From Rhynchobatus australiae (taxonomy: Eukaryota): a stretch of 64,000 nucleotides of DNA. Both the position numbers and the translations under genes were made by a program. The stretch is from the NCBI GenBank assembly GCA_034780895.1, contig JAUZTB010000042.1, positions 4,088,957 to 4,152,956 of the forward strand, given 5' to 3'. This document shows, one piece after another, positions 24,738 to 37,557 of this stretch (position 1 is the stretch's first letter; the number at the start of each line of letters is the position of its first letter). Under the pieces are notes generated by a model. That model worked only from the letters and a program-made list of their open reading frames with translations. It had not been told where the DNA came from and searched no databases.

Positions 24738-24844
24738 TGAAATAAATACAGAATGCTGGGGATAATCAGCAGGTGTGGAGAAAAGGTGTCTAGTATTTCA
24801 GATTGCCTGACCTGCTGAACATTTACAGCATTGTTTTTATTTCA
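24738..24844. repeat. Short palindromic repeat built from two inverted Penelope-associated tail halves
   Basis: Left arm tgaaataaatacagaatgctggggataatcagcaggt (24738-24774) pairs imperfectly with acctgctgaacatttacagcattgtttttatttca (24810-24844). Confidence 0.7.
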
Positions 24845-25869
24845 TTAAAATAACTGTCTCACCAGGTCCTTGTATAAAAAGGTGGTTTTTCTGTCATTAT
24901 CTAATTTTAAAATAGCAATAACAGTTGAACATTTTTCCAGCATGTTTGAACTTCAGCTTGAGTAATCTAGGTCTTGGAATTGAATGGTGTTTCGTTAGAC
25001 CATAAAGGATTGGTGATGTACCTTTAGAAGATTTCTCACCCAGAAAAGACAAGTTAAATCTAGATTTCACTTCATAGCCCATCATTTCCATTGCCGAAAG
25101 ACAGATCATTGCAGAAAGACATCTTTCAGGAATGAGTAAATGGTTTACCTTACTTCAGGGGAGGGGGGAAAATGGTTGCAAAATACTGATTTTAAAAATT
25201 GCATTTTTAGCTTTATTAGCTTTATTCTGGTAAAATGAGACCCTGGTGTTGATTCACAGTGCATTGTAGTTTATCAGTTTGGAGCTTCAGACAAAAGGTG
25301 TTCAGAATTGTTTTGAAAGCCAGTTTTCAATTGTGGGCAGTGGGTCAACCTAGCCCATGAGAATCCTGATGGTAATTATCCTTAGAAAGATAATTTACAG
25401 CACTGCTGTATTATTCAAGAGTGCCCTCAAGTGGACACCTGTATATCTTCTCATTGGTCTTCCTCGTGCAGTTTTAATAAAACACAATGGACAGTGCAGG
25501 TTCAGATTATCTTCTGTTTTCTGAAGCATACTTAAGAAATTGAGAATATTTGAATCAATCTTGTGCCCTGTGTGAGGTTAATGTACTTTCTTTCCTTGAG
25601 TTGTGGATCAAAATTCCTTTGGTGCATGGTGGAGTTATCTGATGTTCCATTATTGACTACTGTTTGTGAGAGATTCAGGGTTCTGTTCTGCTTTGACATG
25701 ATTTTGTCACACTGTTAGTGAATTAAATGTGACCACCAAGGGTATGTTTGCTTGGTACATGCAGACTGCATTTTGTAAATTTTCAGTGGATGGACGAGTT
25801 ATTCCTTTTCAAAAGTTGGATGAATTGGTGTTCAACTTCCTAACATTACAGCAAAAGTGAGGGCTGCTG

Positions 25870-27870
25870 GTGGAGTCTCCTAAAGCACAGTGACTGGGTC
25901 GAAATGTGTATTTTTGGCACATGAGATGAATCACTTCGGCAGATGTTCAGTGCGAGCCAAGCTGAACAGCTCTAGTTTCCACAGCTGGTTTTCCAAGTGG
26001 AGCAGCATGTTTGCCACAGACCATGGTTTAGGGGCATGTCCTCAAGCAGATGAACATTACTGCTGTCCAATGAATGGCTCTGCAAAAACTAGGACAAATC
26101 CAACACAACTAATTACCATCCCATCGGTCTGTCTTCATTCTTTTGGGGATGTGGATATGTCTGGCAAGGTGAACGTTTATTGCCCATCCATCAATAGAGC
26201 ATTGAGTCTACTCCCGATCATCAGCAAAGTAATGGGCAGTGCAGTTAATTGTGCTCTCCAGGAGACACTTGTCCAGATGTCAAGTTTCAATTCCACCACG
26301 ATCACGTTACTTCAGACCTCATTGCAGCTTTGGTCTCGATGTGGACTAACGCGCTCGGTTCCAGAACTAAGGCAACAGTCAGTGTCCTTGAACTTCAAAG
26401 CAGCATTTAACTACAGATGGGATCAAGAGCCCTGGTAAAATGAGTCTTACAAAACATGGAAAAATGGTTATGGTTGTTAGTTGATCCCATCAGCATGACA
26501 GGAGTTCCACAGGGCAGTGACCTGGTCCCCATTATCTTTAACTAATTGGTTACTGAGCTTTTTTGGTTGCAAGATCTGAAGTGGAGGTTCATTNNNNNNN
26601 NNNNNNNNNNNNNNNNNNNGCTACTGAAACCGTTGTTGTGCAGCAAGACCAAGCCAATATTTAGACTTGGGATGATGAGTGTGCCAAATAAGTGCCAGGC
26701 TGGAACTACCACTGATAAGATAGCGTAACCACCCTCCCTTAATATTCAGTGACAATTCAGAAGCTGGGTATTCTGCAGAGCGATTGACCACCTGACTTCC
26801 CCAAAGCTTTAGAAAATAGAAACAAAACCTACAGCACAATTCAGTCCCCTCAGCCCACAAAGCTGTGCTGAACATGTCCCTACCTTAGAAATTACTAGGC
26901 TTACCCATAGCCCTCTATTATTCTAAGCTCCATGTACCTATCCAAAAGTCTCTTAAAATACTCTATCATATCTGGCTCCACCACTGTTGCCAGCAGCCCA
27001 TTCCACACACTCACCACTGAGTATTTAAAAAAAAAACTTACCCTGACATCTTTATACCTACTCCCCAACACCTAAAACCTGTGTGCTCTTGTGGCAGCCA
27101 TTTCAGCCCACATGATCAATGCCTCTCATCTTGTACACGTCCATCAGGTCACCCCTTGTCCTCCATCGCTCCAAGGAGAAAAGGCCGAGTTCACTCAACC
27201 TGCTTTCATGAGGCATGCTCCCCAATCCAGGCGACATCCTTATAAATCTCCTCTGCACCCTTCCTATGGTTTCCACATACTTCCTGTAGTGAGGCGACCC
27301 AGAACTGAGCACAGTACTCCAAATAGGGTCTGACCAGGGTCCTGTATAGCTGCAGCATTACCTCTCGGCTCCTAAATTCAATTCCATGATTGAAGGACCA
27401 CCTTCATTGAAGGAACACCGTATGCCACCTTAACCACAGAGTCAACCTGTGTAGCTACTTCGAGCATCCTTTGGACTCAGACCTCAAGATCCCTTTTCTT
27501 TGATGTAAAAGGCAGATGTCAGAAGGTAATATCTCTACTTGCCTGGATGAGTACACCTCAAACAATACATCAGGCTCTGTACAATGCAGTATGTGTTTAT
27601 AAAGCTCTCTGGGGTAGTTTCTCCCTCAAACAACTAGAATGGCAACTATAGCAGGTGCACGGCAATGCCACCACCTGCAAGTTGCCCATCAAACCTTGCC
27701 CCATGTTGGCTTGGAAACGTCATTCACTGTCACTGGCTTTAAGTTCTGAACTCCCTCATTGCACTGTGGCATGCCTTCACAAGACTTAGCAGTTGAAGAA
27801 AGTGGATCACTGCTGCCACTTGCAGGTCAACTGGTGGTGAGTAATAAATGCTGGCCTTACTGACAATGGC
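25870..27870 (+). mobile_element. Old CR1/L2-group LINE (second family), split by a younger CR1 insertion
   Basis: ALSLLPIISKVM..., VSLNFKAAFNYRWDQ (degenerate ALDIKAAFDRVWHQ) and ggagttccacagggcagtgacctggtccc (GVPQGS). It resumes after 27495 with ctacttgcctggatgagt. A related copy is at ~56930-57440 (TALDIKSAFDKV). Confidence 0.65.
26811..27495 (-). mobile_element. Younger 5'-truncated CR1-type LINE nested in an older LINE
   Basis: The minus ORF 27103..27312 reads SPHYRKYVETIGRVQRRFIRMSPGL..RLSELGLFSLERWRTRGDLMDVYK, the CR1 ORF2 C-terminus. The 3' tail ends near 26811. Confidence 0.9.
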
Positions 27871-27979
27871 CACGCTCTTAAATGGGGGTGGCAGGAGGGT
27901 GGAATTGAAGTTGAGGACTTGTTATAGTTTGTGTCCAGGTAGTAATCTCCTCATCTGGTTTTTGAGATGTATAGATGTA

Positions 27980-28480
27980 TTCACCACATTACAAGAAGGA
28001 TGCTGAGGCTTTGGAATGGACGCAGAGGATTTTCACCAGGATGATGCCTGGATTACAGAGTATTAGCTATAAGCAAATGTTTGACAAACTTTGTTTTCTC
28101 TGAAACAGAGGCTCAGCAACTTGATAGAAGTATATAAAATTATGAAAGGCATGGACAGGGTAGATGTTCTTTAAACCAGGGTGGATGTGTCAAATACCAG
28201 AGGGTGTAGGTTAAAGGTGAGAGGGAAGGTTTAAGGGAGCTGTGCGAGGCAAGTTTTTGTTTTAAACACAGTGGAGGTGTCTTGAATGTGCTGCCAGGAG
28301 AGGTAGTAGAAGCAGATACAAGAGCAATGTTTAAGAGACATTTAGGCAGACACGTGAACACAAGGAAATAGAGGAATACAGATGATATACAGACAGGTGG
28401 TATTTAATTAAATCGGCATGAAGGTCAGTGCAGACATAGTGGGCTGAGGAGTTTGTTAGTTTGTTGCTGTGTTCTGCAGA
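27980..28480 (+). mobile_element. CR1-type LINE 3' fragment
   Basis: caccacattacaagaaggatg...gcagaggattttcaccaggatgatgcctgg. Its tail matches 1190-1360. Confidence 0.85.
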
Positions 28481-28589
28481 TAAATGTTAGCCACCATTTC
28501 AGATTTTTCAGAACATGATTGGTAAATCTAATCACTAATATAAGTGCGGAAGAACATTACCATACATGTTGTTAGATATCGTGTAGGTG

Positions 28590-29730
28590 TTGGATATAGC
28601 ATATAAAACAAAAAGTAAGTATTAATGTTGGTCCCTTGTAAGTTCAGGAAGGAGAATTTGTAAGGGGGCAAGGCAGTTTGTACACTCAAATATTTGTCCT
28701 CTGTTTTAGTTATGGCTGCTATATTTTTGTCTCATGTTTTCTAATGAGGGAATTGAAGTAATATATATTACCAAAAAAATTATTCTGAAGGATGAAGAAC
28801 ATCAGATTCCCTGGATCACATGGCCTATATCATGTGTTCAAAAGGTGGCTGGAGCAATAGCAAATACTTGAGTTGTGATCTTCCAAAAGTTACCAGAACA
28901 GTTGTAGTGAATTGGAAGCTAGCAAATTGTTTTGATACTTAAGACAAGGAAGCTAGGTAGTCTAATAGCAGTTGTTGGGGAAAATGCTAGAATGGTAAGG
29001 TGTGGCAAGTCAGCCCCAGATAGGTCCAGATGTCCTGGATAGGCCTCACTTTAGAACACTGATGGCATTTGACAAGAGGAAAAGCTGGTGACAGTTTTAT
29101 CTGGTGTCAAAACTCAATTTTTTTCCCCAGTTTCTAAATTACTCCAATTTGGGGACATTTAACTTGGCCTTCCTCGTGAGAAGACTTGAATACAAGTAAA
29201 GTCAGTTTGCTACACTGGTGTGACCCACACCCATAATATTGTGTCCAGGTCTAGTCGGCTAAAGTGTATACGTGAGTGAATGCGGTGATGGTTCATCAGA
29301 TTGGTTTCTGAGAAGTTTGCACATTGAGGCAAGCTGCCTGGGCTTGTACTGAAGTTTAGAATAGTGAAAAGTGAATTTATTGAAATGTAAAAAGATTCTT
29401 AGGAGTTCAACATGGTAAAGGCAAGGATGTTGTTTCTGGAGTATCTCAAGCTGGGCGGTGGGGGGGGGGTCACAGTCTCCAAATAAGGTCTCAGGATTGT
29501 AGGAAGAAATTTCTTCAACCAGCAAATAACGAATCTGGAATTCTCCACCTAAGAGGCTATGGAGGATCACTTGCTGTGCATTCTCAACACAGATCGGTAG
29601 ATAGCTGGATATTGAGGTAATCGTGGATTTGGGATTTGTGCAGGAAAATAGCATGGAAGTGAAAGCCCAGCTGCAATCTTACTGGATGGCAAATGTGATA
29701 CAAGAGGCAGAATGGACACATTACTATTGG
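28590..29730 (+). mobile_element. Old CR1-type LINE fragments
   Basis: ccctggatcacatggcctatatc, ctggtgtgacccacacc, gaatctggaattctccacc, and tail ggcagaatggacacattact. Confidence 0.65.
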
Positions 29731-30069
29731 CTCGTAGATTTTGGAGCAAGTGCTGTGGAAATCTGGCTGGTTGCAAAATAGATTTCAACTTGAGATTTAA
29801 CTGAGTAGAGAGTTTGAGGTCAAACGGCCTATTCCTGATCCAATTTTTTAAGTTGTGGTATGGCTCATTCATGGGGGGGGCGGGGCGGGGGGGGGGTGGT
29901 TGGGCCACGGGCAAGTAATCATTCCTACGTTCCCCTCCCCATTATTACGAAGAAGCTTTAAAATGTGATAACTGCATCACCTTGTGTCACAAGTTTCAAA
30001 TGCTCCTCTGCTTTGTGCCACTTGGCTGTCCTTTAAGCGCGTCAATTTGCATCTAATTTCCTTCCACAG

Positions 30070-30203
30070 GCAGGGAAGCATCAAGAGTATGAACAGAAGC
30101 TGCTCCAGGAACTTTATAAAATGAATCCCAACTTTTTGCACCAGTCGTCCAGCACAGTTGACAAAAATAAGAACAAAATAGTTACACAGCAGAGGTATGA
30201 TGC
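30070..30203 (+). CDS. CNOT4: CNOT4 coding exon 6, with alternative donors after 30194 and 30203
   Basis: Acceptor tttccttccacAG. Encodes AGKHQEYEQKLLQELYKMNPNFLHQSSSTVDKNKNKIVTQQR(YD). Donors GAG|GTATGA and TGC|GTAAGT, both phase 2. Confidence 0.95.
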
Positions 30204-31709
30204 GTAAGTACTGTCCTGGCCTGCTACTTTGGCCTGCTTTTTTTTTCTGTTTTGTTTGCATTTATATTAATACACAAGCTTTCCTTTCTGCCTGCAGATT
30301 TTGGTCGAGTTGAATCTTCGCTATAGCTTAAGTACATAATTTTACCCTAAGCTAACTGGTAAAAGTGTCCTTTTTGATACTTTTATCAACTGAGCAGTTT
30401 GCTTTATAAAGCAAATAAATTGGCCTGATTATGACGGACAACCAGTATTCCAGTGAGAATTCCAGTGTGCTCATATTGTGGATTCTTTTAGGCTACAGAT
30501 CCTGCTTCATTCCTGCTCTCCTACCTTTTGAACAGCACTACCACAAATGACGGCTGGGCTTGCTCTCTNNNNNNNNNNNNNNNNNNNNNNNNNNNNNNNN
30601 NNNNNNNNNNNNNNNNNNNNNNNNNNNNNNNNNNNNNNNNNNNNNNNNNNNNNNNNNNNNNNNNNNNNNNNNNNNNNNNNNNNNNNNNNNNNNNNNNNNN
30701 NNNNNNNNNNNNNNNNNNNNNNNNNNNNNNNNNNNNNNNNNNNNNNNNNNNNNNNNNNNNNNNNTAATTCAGCCTTGCTTCAATTTTTCAAATGTGTAAT
30801 TAATCAGAATGTTCATGTCAAGGCATTTCAGAATTTAAAACGGCAGTATACACAATAGAATCAATTAGTTGGGACAATTTAAGATGAACCCCCCCCCCCC
30901 CAGTGGAATGACAAACCACTTGGTGAAACAGGATTCACACCAAATGCAATCATACTGCACAAAAAATTGTATCTAAGCGCACAGTCGATGAAAAATTATT
31001 CTGAANNNNNNNNNNNNNNNNNNNNNNNNNNNNNNNNNNNNNNNNNNNNNNNNNNNNNNNNNNNNNNNNNNNNNNNNNNNNNNNNNNNNNNNNNNNNNNN
31101 NNNNNGTCCACAACTCTATCTATGTGTTGGCTTCCTTTTATTTTGACATGTTCACTTGTAGTTCATTGTAATTTATGATTCTGATAGATGTATGAGGGGA
31201 GCCTTAACCTTGGTGATTTTAAGCTTCTTTGCAACTTCATTGACTAAACCTGCTTATTGTGATGGAGCATACTGAAGTTTGAATCCTAAACTTGTGTCTC
31301 AAAACATACTTTGTTTTATGGAAAGGGAGGATTTTTAACAATTATCAGAGCAGAGAAAGTTAACGTTAAATGTGATTTTTCTTTTTGTGTGTGGTCATGT
31401 TGGGTGATGTGCAAAGAATTTGTTGGAGTGGTACCCTCAATTCTTTCAAGATAACATAGCTTAAATTGATTTATCAGCATCATAAAAGAACTGTAGCTTG
31501 CTCGTGCTTCAATTGCATTGTTTGGGCCAATTGAGTCTTGGAGGGGTGAATTAATCTTGATATTTACCCAACACAATAATTGTATTTTTGATTGCCGTTA
31601 TTGAAGTCTGTAGGAGAATGAAATGTTAACTCATTTTAACAAAAGGTTGCCCCCTTCAGAGGGAGATTGCAATAAGATGTTTGTAAATAATGTCATTGCA
31701 ATCTTCAGT

Positions 31710-32115
31710 GTTACATGATGGCATTGCTGTTAGTGCTGCTCCAGAGACCCCCCAGTTTGATTCTGAGCTTGGGTGCTGTCTGTGTGGAGATTTTGCTTCC
31801 ACCCCCCACCCCCAGCCCCGCCCCAAACCCCTAGGTTTCCGCNNNNNNNNNNNNNNNNNNNNNNNNNNNNNNNNNNNNNNNNNNNNNNNNNNNNNNNNNN
31901 NNNNNNNNNNNNNNNNNNNNNNNNNNNNNNNNNNNNNNNNNNCCCAACCACGTAGGTTTCCGCTCAGTGCTTTGGTTTCCTTGCACATCGTGAAAAATGT
32001 AGGAGTTAATTAACCATTATCCTGAGTGTAGGTAAGTAGCAAAGGAATTGAAGGGGAGTAGATGGACATGTGACAGCAAAAATATTGCAGGGCAAATGAC
32101 CTCCTGTGTCATAGT
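31710..32115 (+). mobile_element. V-SINE (decayed, gapped)
   Basis: cagtttgattctgagcttgggtgctgtctgtgtggag and gtaggtttccgctcagtgctttggtttccttgcacatc core. Confidence 0.65.
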
Positions 32116-33431
32116 AGGAAAGAACATTTAAATGAAAAACAATGCCTTGTTCACTTTGTTAGCTTCTGACTGAACAATAAATACTTGGCAAAAGTTGTAT
32201 TGTTTTGTACAATTAATACCCACTGAAATCTCCCGCTGATTTGCTGCTCTGATGAAAGTTAAGTGCTCGTTGCTGTTAATTTTGTCTACTTGATTCAATT
32301 TGTAGTTGTGCATGATTCAGAAAGGTATCTGTTTGAAATGACAGATCAAATATTTCCTTGGCTGAGTTTTTATGAAGCTGTTCTGTTTGTTTATATTTAA
32401 TCAAGATATTCCTCTACAAAGCCTCCATTGTAACATCTGAGCTATGCACACCTTATTGGGAAAGGTNNNNNNNNNNNNNNNNNNNNNNNNNNNNNNNNNN
32501 NNNNNNNNNNNNNNNNNNNNNNNNNNNNNNNNNNNNNNNNNNNNNNNNNAACTTGCCTGGCATTGCAAACTGAACGCTGTATCCAAGGTGAAGTTCCATC
32601 TTGACTTCCAATCTAACTCTGTTATTGCCATAAGCAAGGTGCAAACCAAAGTGTTAAATCTGCAGGGAAGACTTGGAATTTGATGCAGATCTTGTGGATG
32701 TGGCAGCTTGTATTTGGCCACAGTTTATTCTCCTCTCCTTCACCCAACTGATTGTCAGTTGAGGAGATCCAGTTATGCCTCTTACGTCAATTTGTCTGCA
32801 TTACTTGAAGTAACAACTTGTATTTCATTCTGATGGTTTGAGAACCTTGTGATGTTTCACAGGTACAAGCAGAGAAGATGCCTTTCATGTGGTACTTTTT
32901 AAGCCTTTCAACATAAATGTATTAGCTGTCAAGTCCATGTGGTATCTAGCTTCATAGAATCATAACATTTACAAAAGATGTATTTAAGTCCATTTGGTTT
33001 GTAAGAAGGAAAGAGCTATTTGCATCCCACTTTCCAGCTCTTAGTTCATGGCCTTGTAGGTTAGGACACTTCAAGAGCCTGTCCAGTGACCAAGTAGAAA
33101 GCAGGAGGACTTCAGCCACTCTAATCCTTGGGTGGTGAGTTCCATGCTTTCACCTCTGTCTTGCTGTGTAGGTTTTACCATCGTTTGTAAGGATGCCNNN
33201 NNNNNNNNNNNNNNNNNNNNNNNNNNNNNNNNNNNNNNNNNNNNNNNNNNNNNNNNNNNNNNNNNNNNNNNNNNNNNNNNNNNNNNNNNNNNNNNNNNNN
33301 NNNNNNNNNNNNNNNNNNNNNNNNNNNNNNNNNNNNNNNNNNNNNNNNNNNNNNNNNNNNNNNNNNNNNNNNNNNNNNNNNNNNNNNNNNNNNNNNNNNN
33401 NNNNNNNNNNNNNNNNNNNNNNNNNNNNNNN

Positions 33432-34440
33432 NCATGCTTAGTCATTTCTGTCAGCTGCAGTGGGATCCCACCATTCGTCACATCTCCCCCTCTTCATCTC
33501 TTTCCACCTTTGACAGGGACCACTCTCTCTCTCCATGACTCCCTGCTCCACTCATCCCTCCTCCTACACTCCATGACTCCGAGCACTTTCCTTTACAACT
33601 GGAGGAGGTGCAACACCACCTCCCTCACCAATACCGAGGGACCTGGACAGCCCTTCCAAGTGAAGCAAAGATTCATGCACACCTCCTCCAACCTCATCTG
33701 TTGTTCTGTGCTCCCGATGTGGCCTCCTCTGTATCAGCAAGACCAAGCATAGACGAGGTGACCGGTTTACAGATCACCTGCGCTTCATCTACCATGATCA
33801 TCCCAAGGTCCTGGTTACATGCTATTTCAATTCTGCTTCACATTCCCACAAGCATGACCTGTCCATGCTTGGCCTCCTCCATCCCCAGGGTGGGGTCCAA
33901 CACAAACTAGAAGAAAAACTCCTCGTATTTCATCTAGGTAGTCTACAATCCAATGGTATGAACATTGAATTTTCCAATTTCTGGTAACCCTTGCCCCCTG
34001 CTTATCCCCCTCTTTCACCTTTCCATCCATCCCTGGCCCTCCCATTTCTGTTCCTTTCCCATTNNNNNNNNNNNNNNNNNNNNNNNNNNNNNNNNNNNNN
34101 NNNNNNNCCTGGTTCCATCTAACTCCCAACCCACTGGATTCCCCTCGATTTCCATCTGCCCTTCTCTCTCTTGAATGGCTCCCATTATGACTTCTTAACA
34201 GATTCCAGCTCTTGTCACCTTTTGTGAACCTGCTCATCACCCTCTAGCCTCCACCTTTACCCTCCCCTCCATCCTCCCTTGGTCCACCTATCACCTATTG
34301 GCCGTTTCACCACTCCCCCTTCTCTATACTGGCTACCTTCCATTTCCACTCTGTCCTGATGTCGGATCTTGACCTGAAACATCAACAATTCCTTTCCCTC
34401 CACAGATGCTGCTCGACCTGTTCAGTTCCTCCAGCGTCTG
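33432..34440 (+). mobile_element. Penelope-like element 3' part: GIY-YIG endonuclease plus pseudo-LTR tail
   Basis: GPGQPFQVKQRFMHTSSNLICC, then RCGLLCISKTKHRRGDRFTDHLR, a degenerate form of CSRCGLLYIGETKRRLGDRFAEHLR. A pyrimidine-rich tail ends in a hammerhead-like motif at 34351-34387. Confidence 0.85.
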
Positions 34441-35759
34441 CAATCTCTTGATTCTTCATGCCCAGAACTGTATTTAGTGGCCATCAGTGCTCCGTCTGGT
34501 GTTGCACACACAATTCAAATACATTCTCTGTTCTACTCCATCGCGAATGAAAATAGCCATGCAGACTAAAGCTCTGTCTCCCTGCACTCCAACCTCCTGT
34601 ACTTCTATGCTTGTCAATATCCTACCAAGTACTTTTTGCCTTGTTTGTCCAGGTACATTTATCGTCCAGAATGAATTCCATTTGCCAGTTTGCTGACATG
34701 CTGGCCAATCCCTTTGCTACTTTCCTGCAGTCTTTTTTTTCCCCTAACATGCTTGTGCACGGTCAATTTTGTTTTCTATTATCTCTACTTCATGTTGCTA
34801 AACCCAAGTTATTGATCTCGGTTTCTAGACAGAACACAAACAATGTCCTGCTCATCACAGCAAAAAGATGTTTGCTACAGAGTATGCTGTCTTGATCTTT
34901 CTAAAAGAAAAATCCCAGTTTGGGTTTTGGTGTATTATCTGCTCAGTAGTGAATTTGTTCTGAAATTGTACATGTAAAAAGCTCATCAGAATTTATTACA
35001 GTGAAAATTAGTTGCTGTGGAATGTTAAGCTTTACTGTTGTCCACAGTATTTCTTTCAATGCCACTTATAGAAAGAGCCTGGAGGTATTGTAAGCATTGA
35101 CCACATTAAATTGGCTTTTTGGAAAATGTTTTGCTTTTGGCAAGTTATGCTACCGGCTGTCCTTTGCTGTGCATTTGTGTGCTTGTTAAAATTTTATTCA
35201 TTTTTGTGATGGGAAGTGTGGCAAAGAACAAGATTCTGAGCAGACTTGTAATTTTTTTTGGACTTGCAGTGATCCCAGTAAAAGCATTATACACTTAAAC
35301 ATAAAAAATAATCCTGTGCTGTCTCAAGTGATAACAGCTCTCACCAATTTCATAAAGCTGAAGTGTTGTCCAATTGTAAAGCCTGTCTGAACTTTTGCTA
35401 TCAATTATATTTTGTATAGCTATAAGCCCAGCCACTGTTAGGACAAAAAAATGAGCTGGTCATCCTTTGGACAACCTTTTCAAGTGGGTCTCGAGTAACA
35501 CCTGATACACATTTACACACCATTGAAGATGAATTGAGTCTATTTACAAAAAAAGTTGAATTATATAACACTGTTGTAAAAATGGAAGCAAATAATTTGC
35601 TTTTCACTAAAGAAGGTCAGCAGCATACAGACAAGCCATTCTCCAGATTAACTGAGGCAATTTACAAATACATCACCAAAATAGTGCCTGTGAGTGCAGT
35701 TTTTGCTCAGGAATTTAATGGATGTGTTGTGTTCTGTGCTTCCAATTCTTGTTCTTGGA

Positions 35760-36178
35760 CAGTCATTCAGGGTTGAGGTTGACTTGCTTCCACTCCAGTT
35801 TTTGGGTTCTGAGGTAGCTGATGCATCCTATTTTGGATCTGCCACAGGTGGGGCAGATAGTACTTGATGAGGCATTTGTTTTGTTGCGCTCTTATTCTAG
35901 TTATTGCATATAACCATCATGTACTCTTATGTGAAGATAGGTGTTCAGTACTTGATGTTGCTTTTACAATTGGAGCAGTCAAAGGATAGGGATTCCCATG
36001 AGTTGATTAAAATGTTAGGTTTTGCAATTTTCAAATTGCAGTTCTTGTTTCCTCCTGAGGGTTTATTTCTGGTTCAGAGCACTGTAGAGTACTTGTTTTG
36101 AGTGTCTGGTTTGGGCATATGGACAACCAGGTCCAACAACTAGAACTGTTTCATTGCAATCAGTATCCATGCTGGGGA
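35760..36178 (-). mobile_element. RTE-clade LINE 3' end
   Basis: The minus strand reads VVHMP..TR..KQVLYSAL and tcatgggaatccct. The 3' end cacctgtggcagatcc...cctcagaaccc...gtggaagcaagtc resembles 850-940. Confidence 0.7.
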
Positions 36179-37557
36179 NNNNNNNNNNNNNNNNNNNNNN
36201 NNNNNNNNNNNNNNNNNNNNNNNNNNNNNNNNNNNNNNNNNNNNNNNNNNNNNNNNNNNNNNNNNNNNNNNNNNNNNNNNNNNNNNNNNNNNNNNNNNNN
36301 NNNNNNNNNNNNNNNNNNNNNNNNNNNNNNNNNNNNNNNNNNNNNNNNNNNNNNNNNNNNNNNNNNNNNNNNNNNNNNNNNNGAATCACTGTTGAAATCT
36401 AGTGTGAAATTCCAAACTTCCTCTGCACTCTGGAAATTAATACTGGATTACTAATGGATGATTTTTCTTCCATTGGCCACAGCAGCTATTGCGAAGAAGA
36501 TTGCGACATAGCATTAACTTTGTGTGCAACAAACTTGATCTGTCATGACATAAGCAAAATAATAATGAAATAAGCAACCAATGACTTTTTCCTGATTAGC
36601 ATATTTCTACAGAAGAACTCTCAATATATGGATTTCCCATTACTTTTTTCTGCTTTTCTATAAAATGCTACTTCAATAGAATATATGTAGTTTTTATCTT
36701 GCATGGAAAACTTAATCAGATTGTCAATGTGTATCATAATTTCATACCTTGGAATATTGATTTAACTTTGAGAATGGATAGCTCTAATCTCTTTAATCTA
36801 TCTGTTAAGTTGTGATGAGAGAGACACACTTCACTTTGTTTTTCCCTTGTGTTGGTGTCTTTTGTCTCAGTATAACATTTTAAATAATAATTTTGCAATC
36901 TTTTGGACAATTCCACATCAGCCTGGGGTCTTTGATTAANNNNNNNNNNNNNNNNNNNNNNNNNNNNNNCAGAGCACCTGGGACGGTCACTATGGAAATG
37001 ATGAATTGTGTGTTGAGAGAAGCCTGGTCTGTGACACATCAACCCGGTCTTCTGATTGTTGTTTTTGGTTGAAAATTTGCAGTGAAGAACTGTGTATGAC
37101 ACTACCAAAAACTTTTGTGAATTTGTACTAGAAAAATATTATGTAAATCTCTTGTTAAGCATTTATAATATCTAGCTACGGTCCTTGTTTAGTGTGTGCA
37201 AATTGATCCGGTGAGAAAACACAACTTAGTCCTGAGTATCCAATACAAAGGCTGATTTCTGAAAGATCGCAAGGATTGTAAATCCATCCTTTACCTATGC
37301 AAGCCACTTTACTTCTCCCTACTGCCTCTTGTAGTAGGCTACCTCTTCTTATGCATCTGATAATGGATGAATTGAATTCCTCATTTTGGCTGTTGTCAGG
37401 CCACTGGCTGGTAAGGATGCATGATGCCAGCAATGCATCTTGGATGGGATCCCTTTCGGGAAGTTTCCACTAAGTGAACAGCATCTGAGCTGCTGAAACT
37501 TATTGTTGTGTCACTTTGGTAGATACTCAGTATTTCTGCCATTCTTTCCCCTTACAG

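Noticed and set aside
25890-26438. 182-aa ORF, the longest gap-free ORF
   Set aside because: It contains degenerate LINE RT motifs (SLLPIISKVM, KAAFNYRW) with frameshifted segments, so it is a relic rather than a gene.
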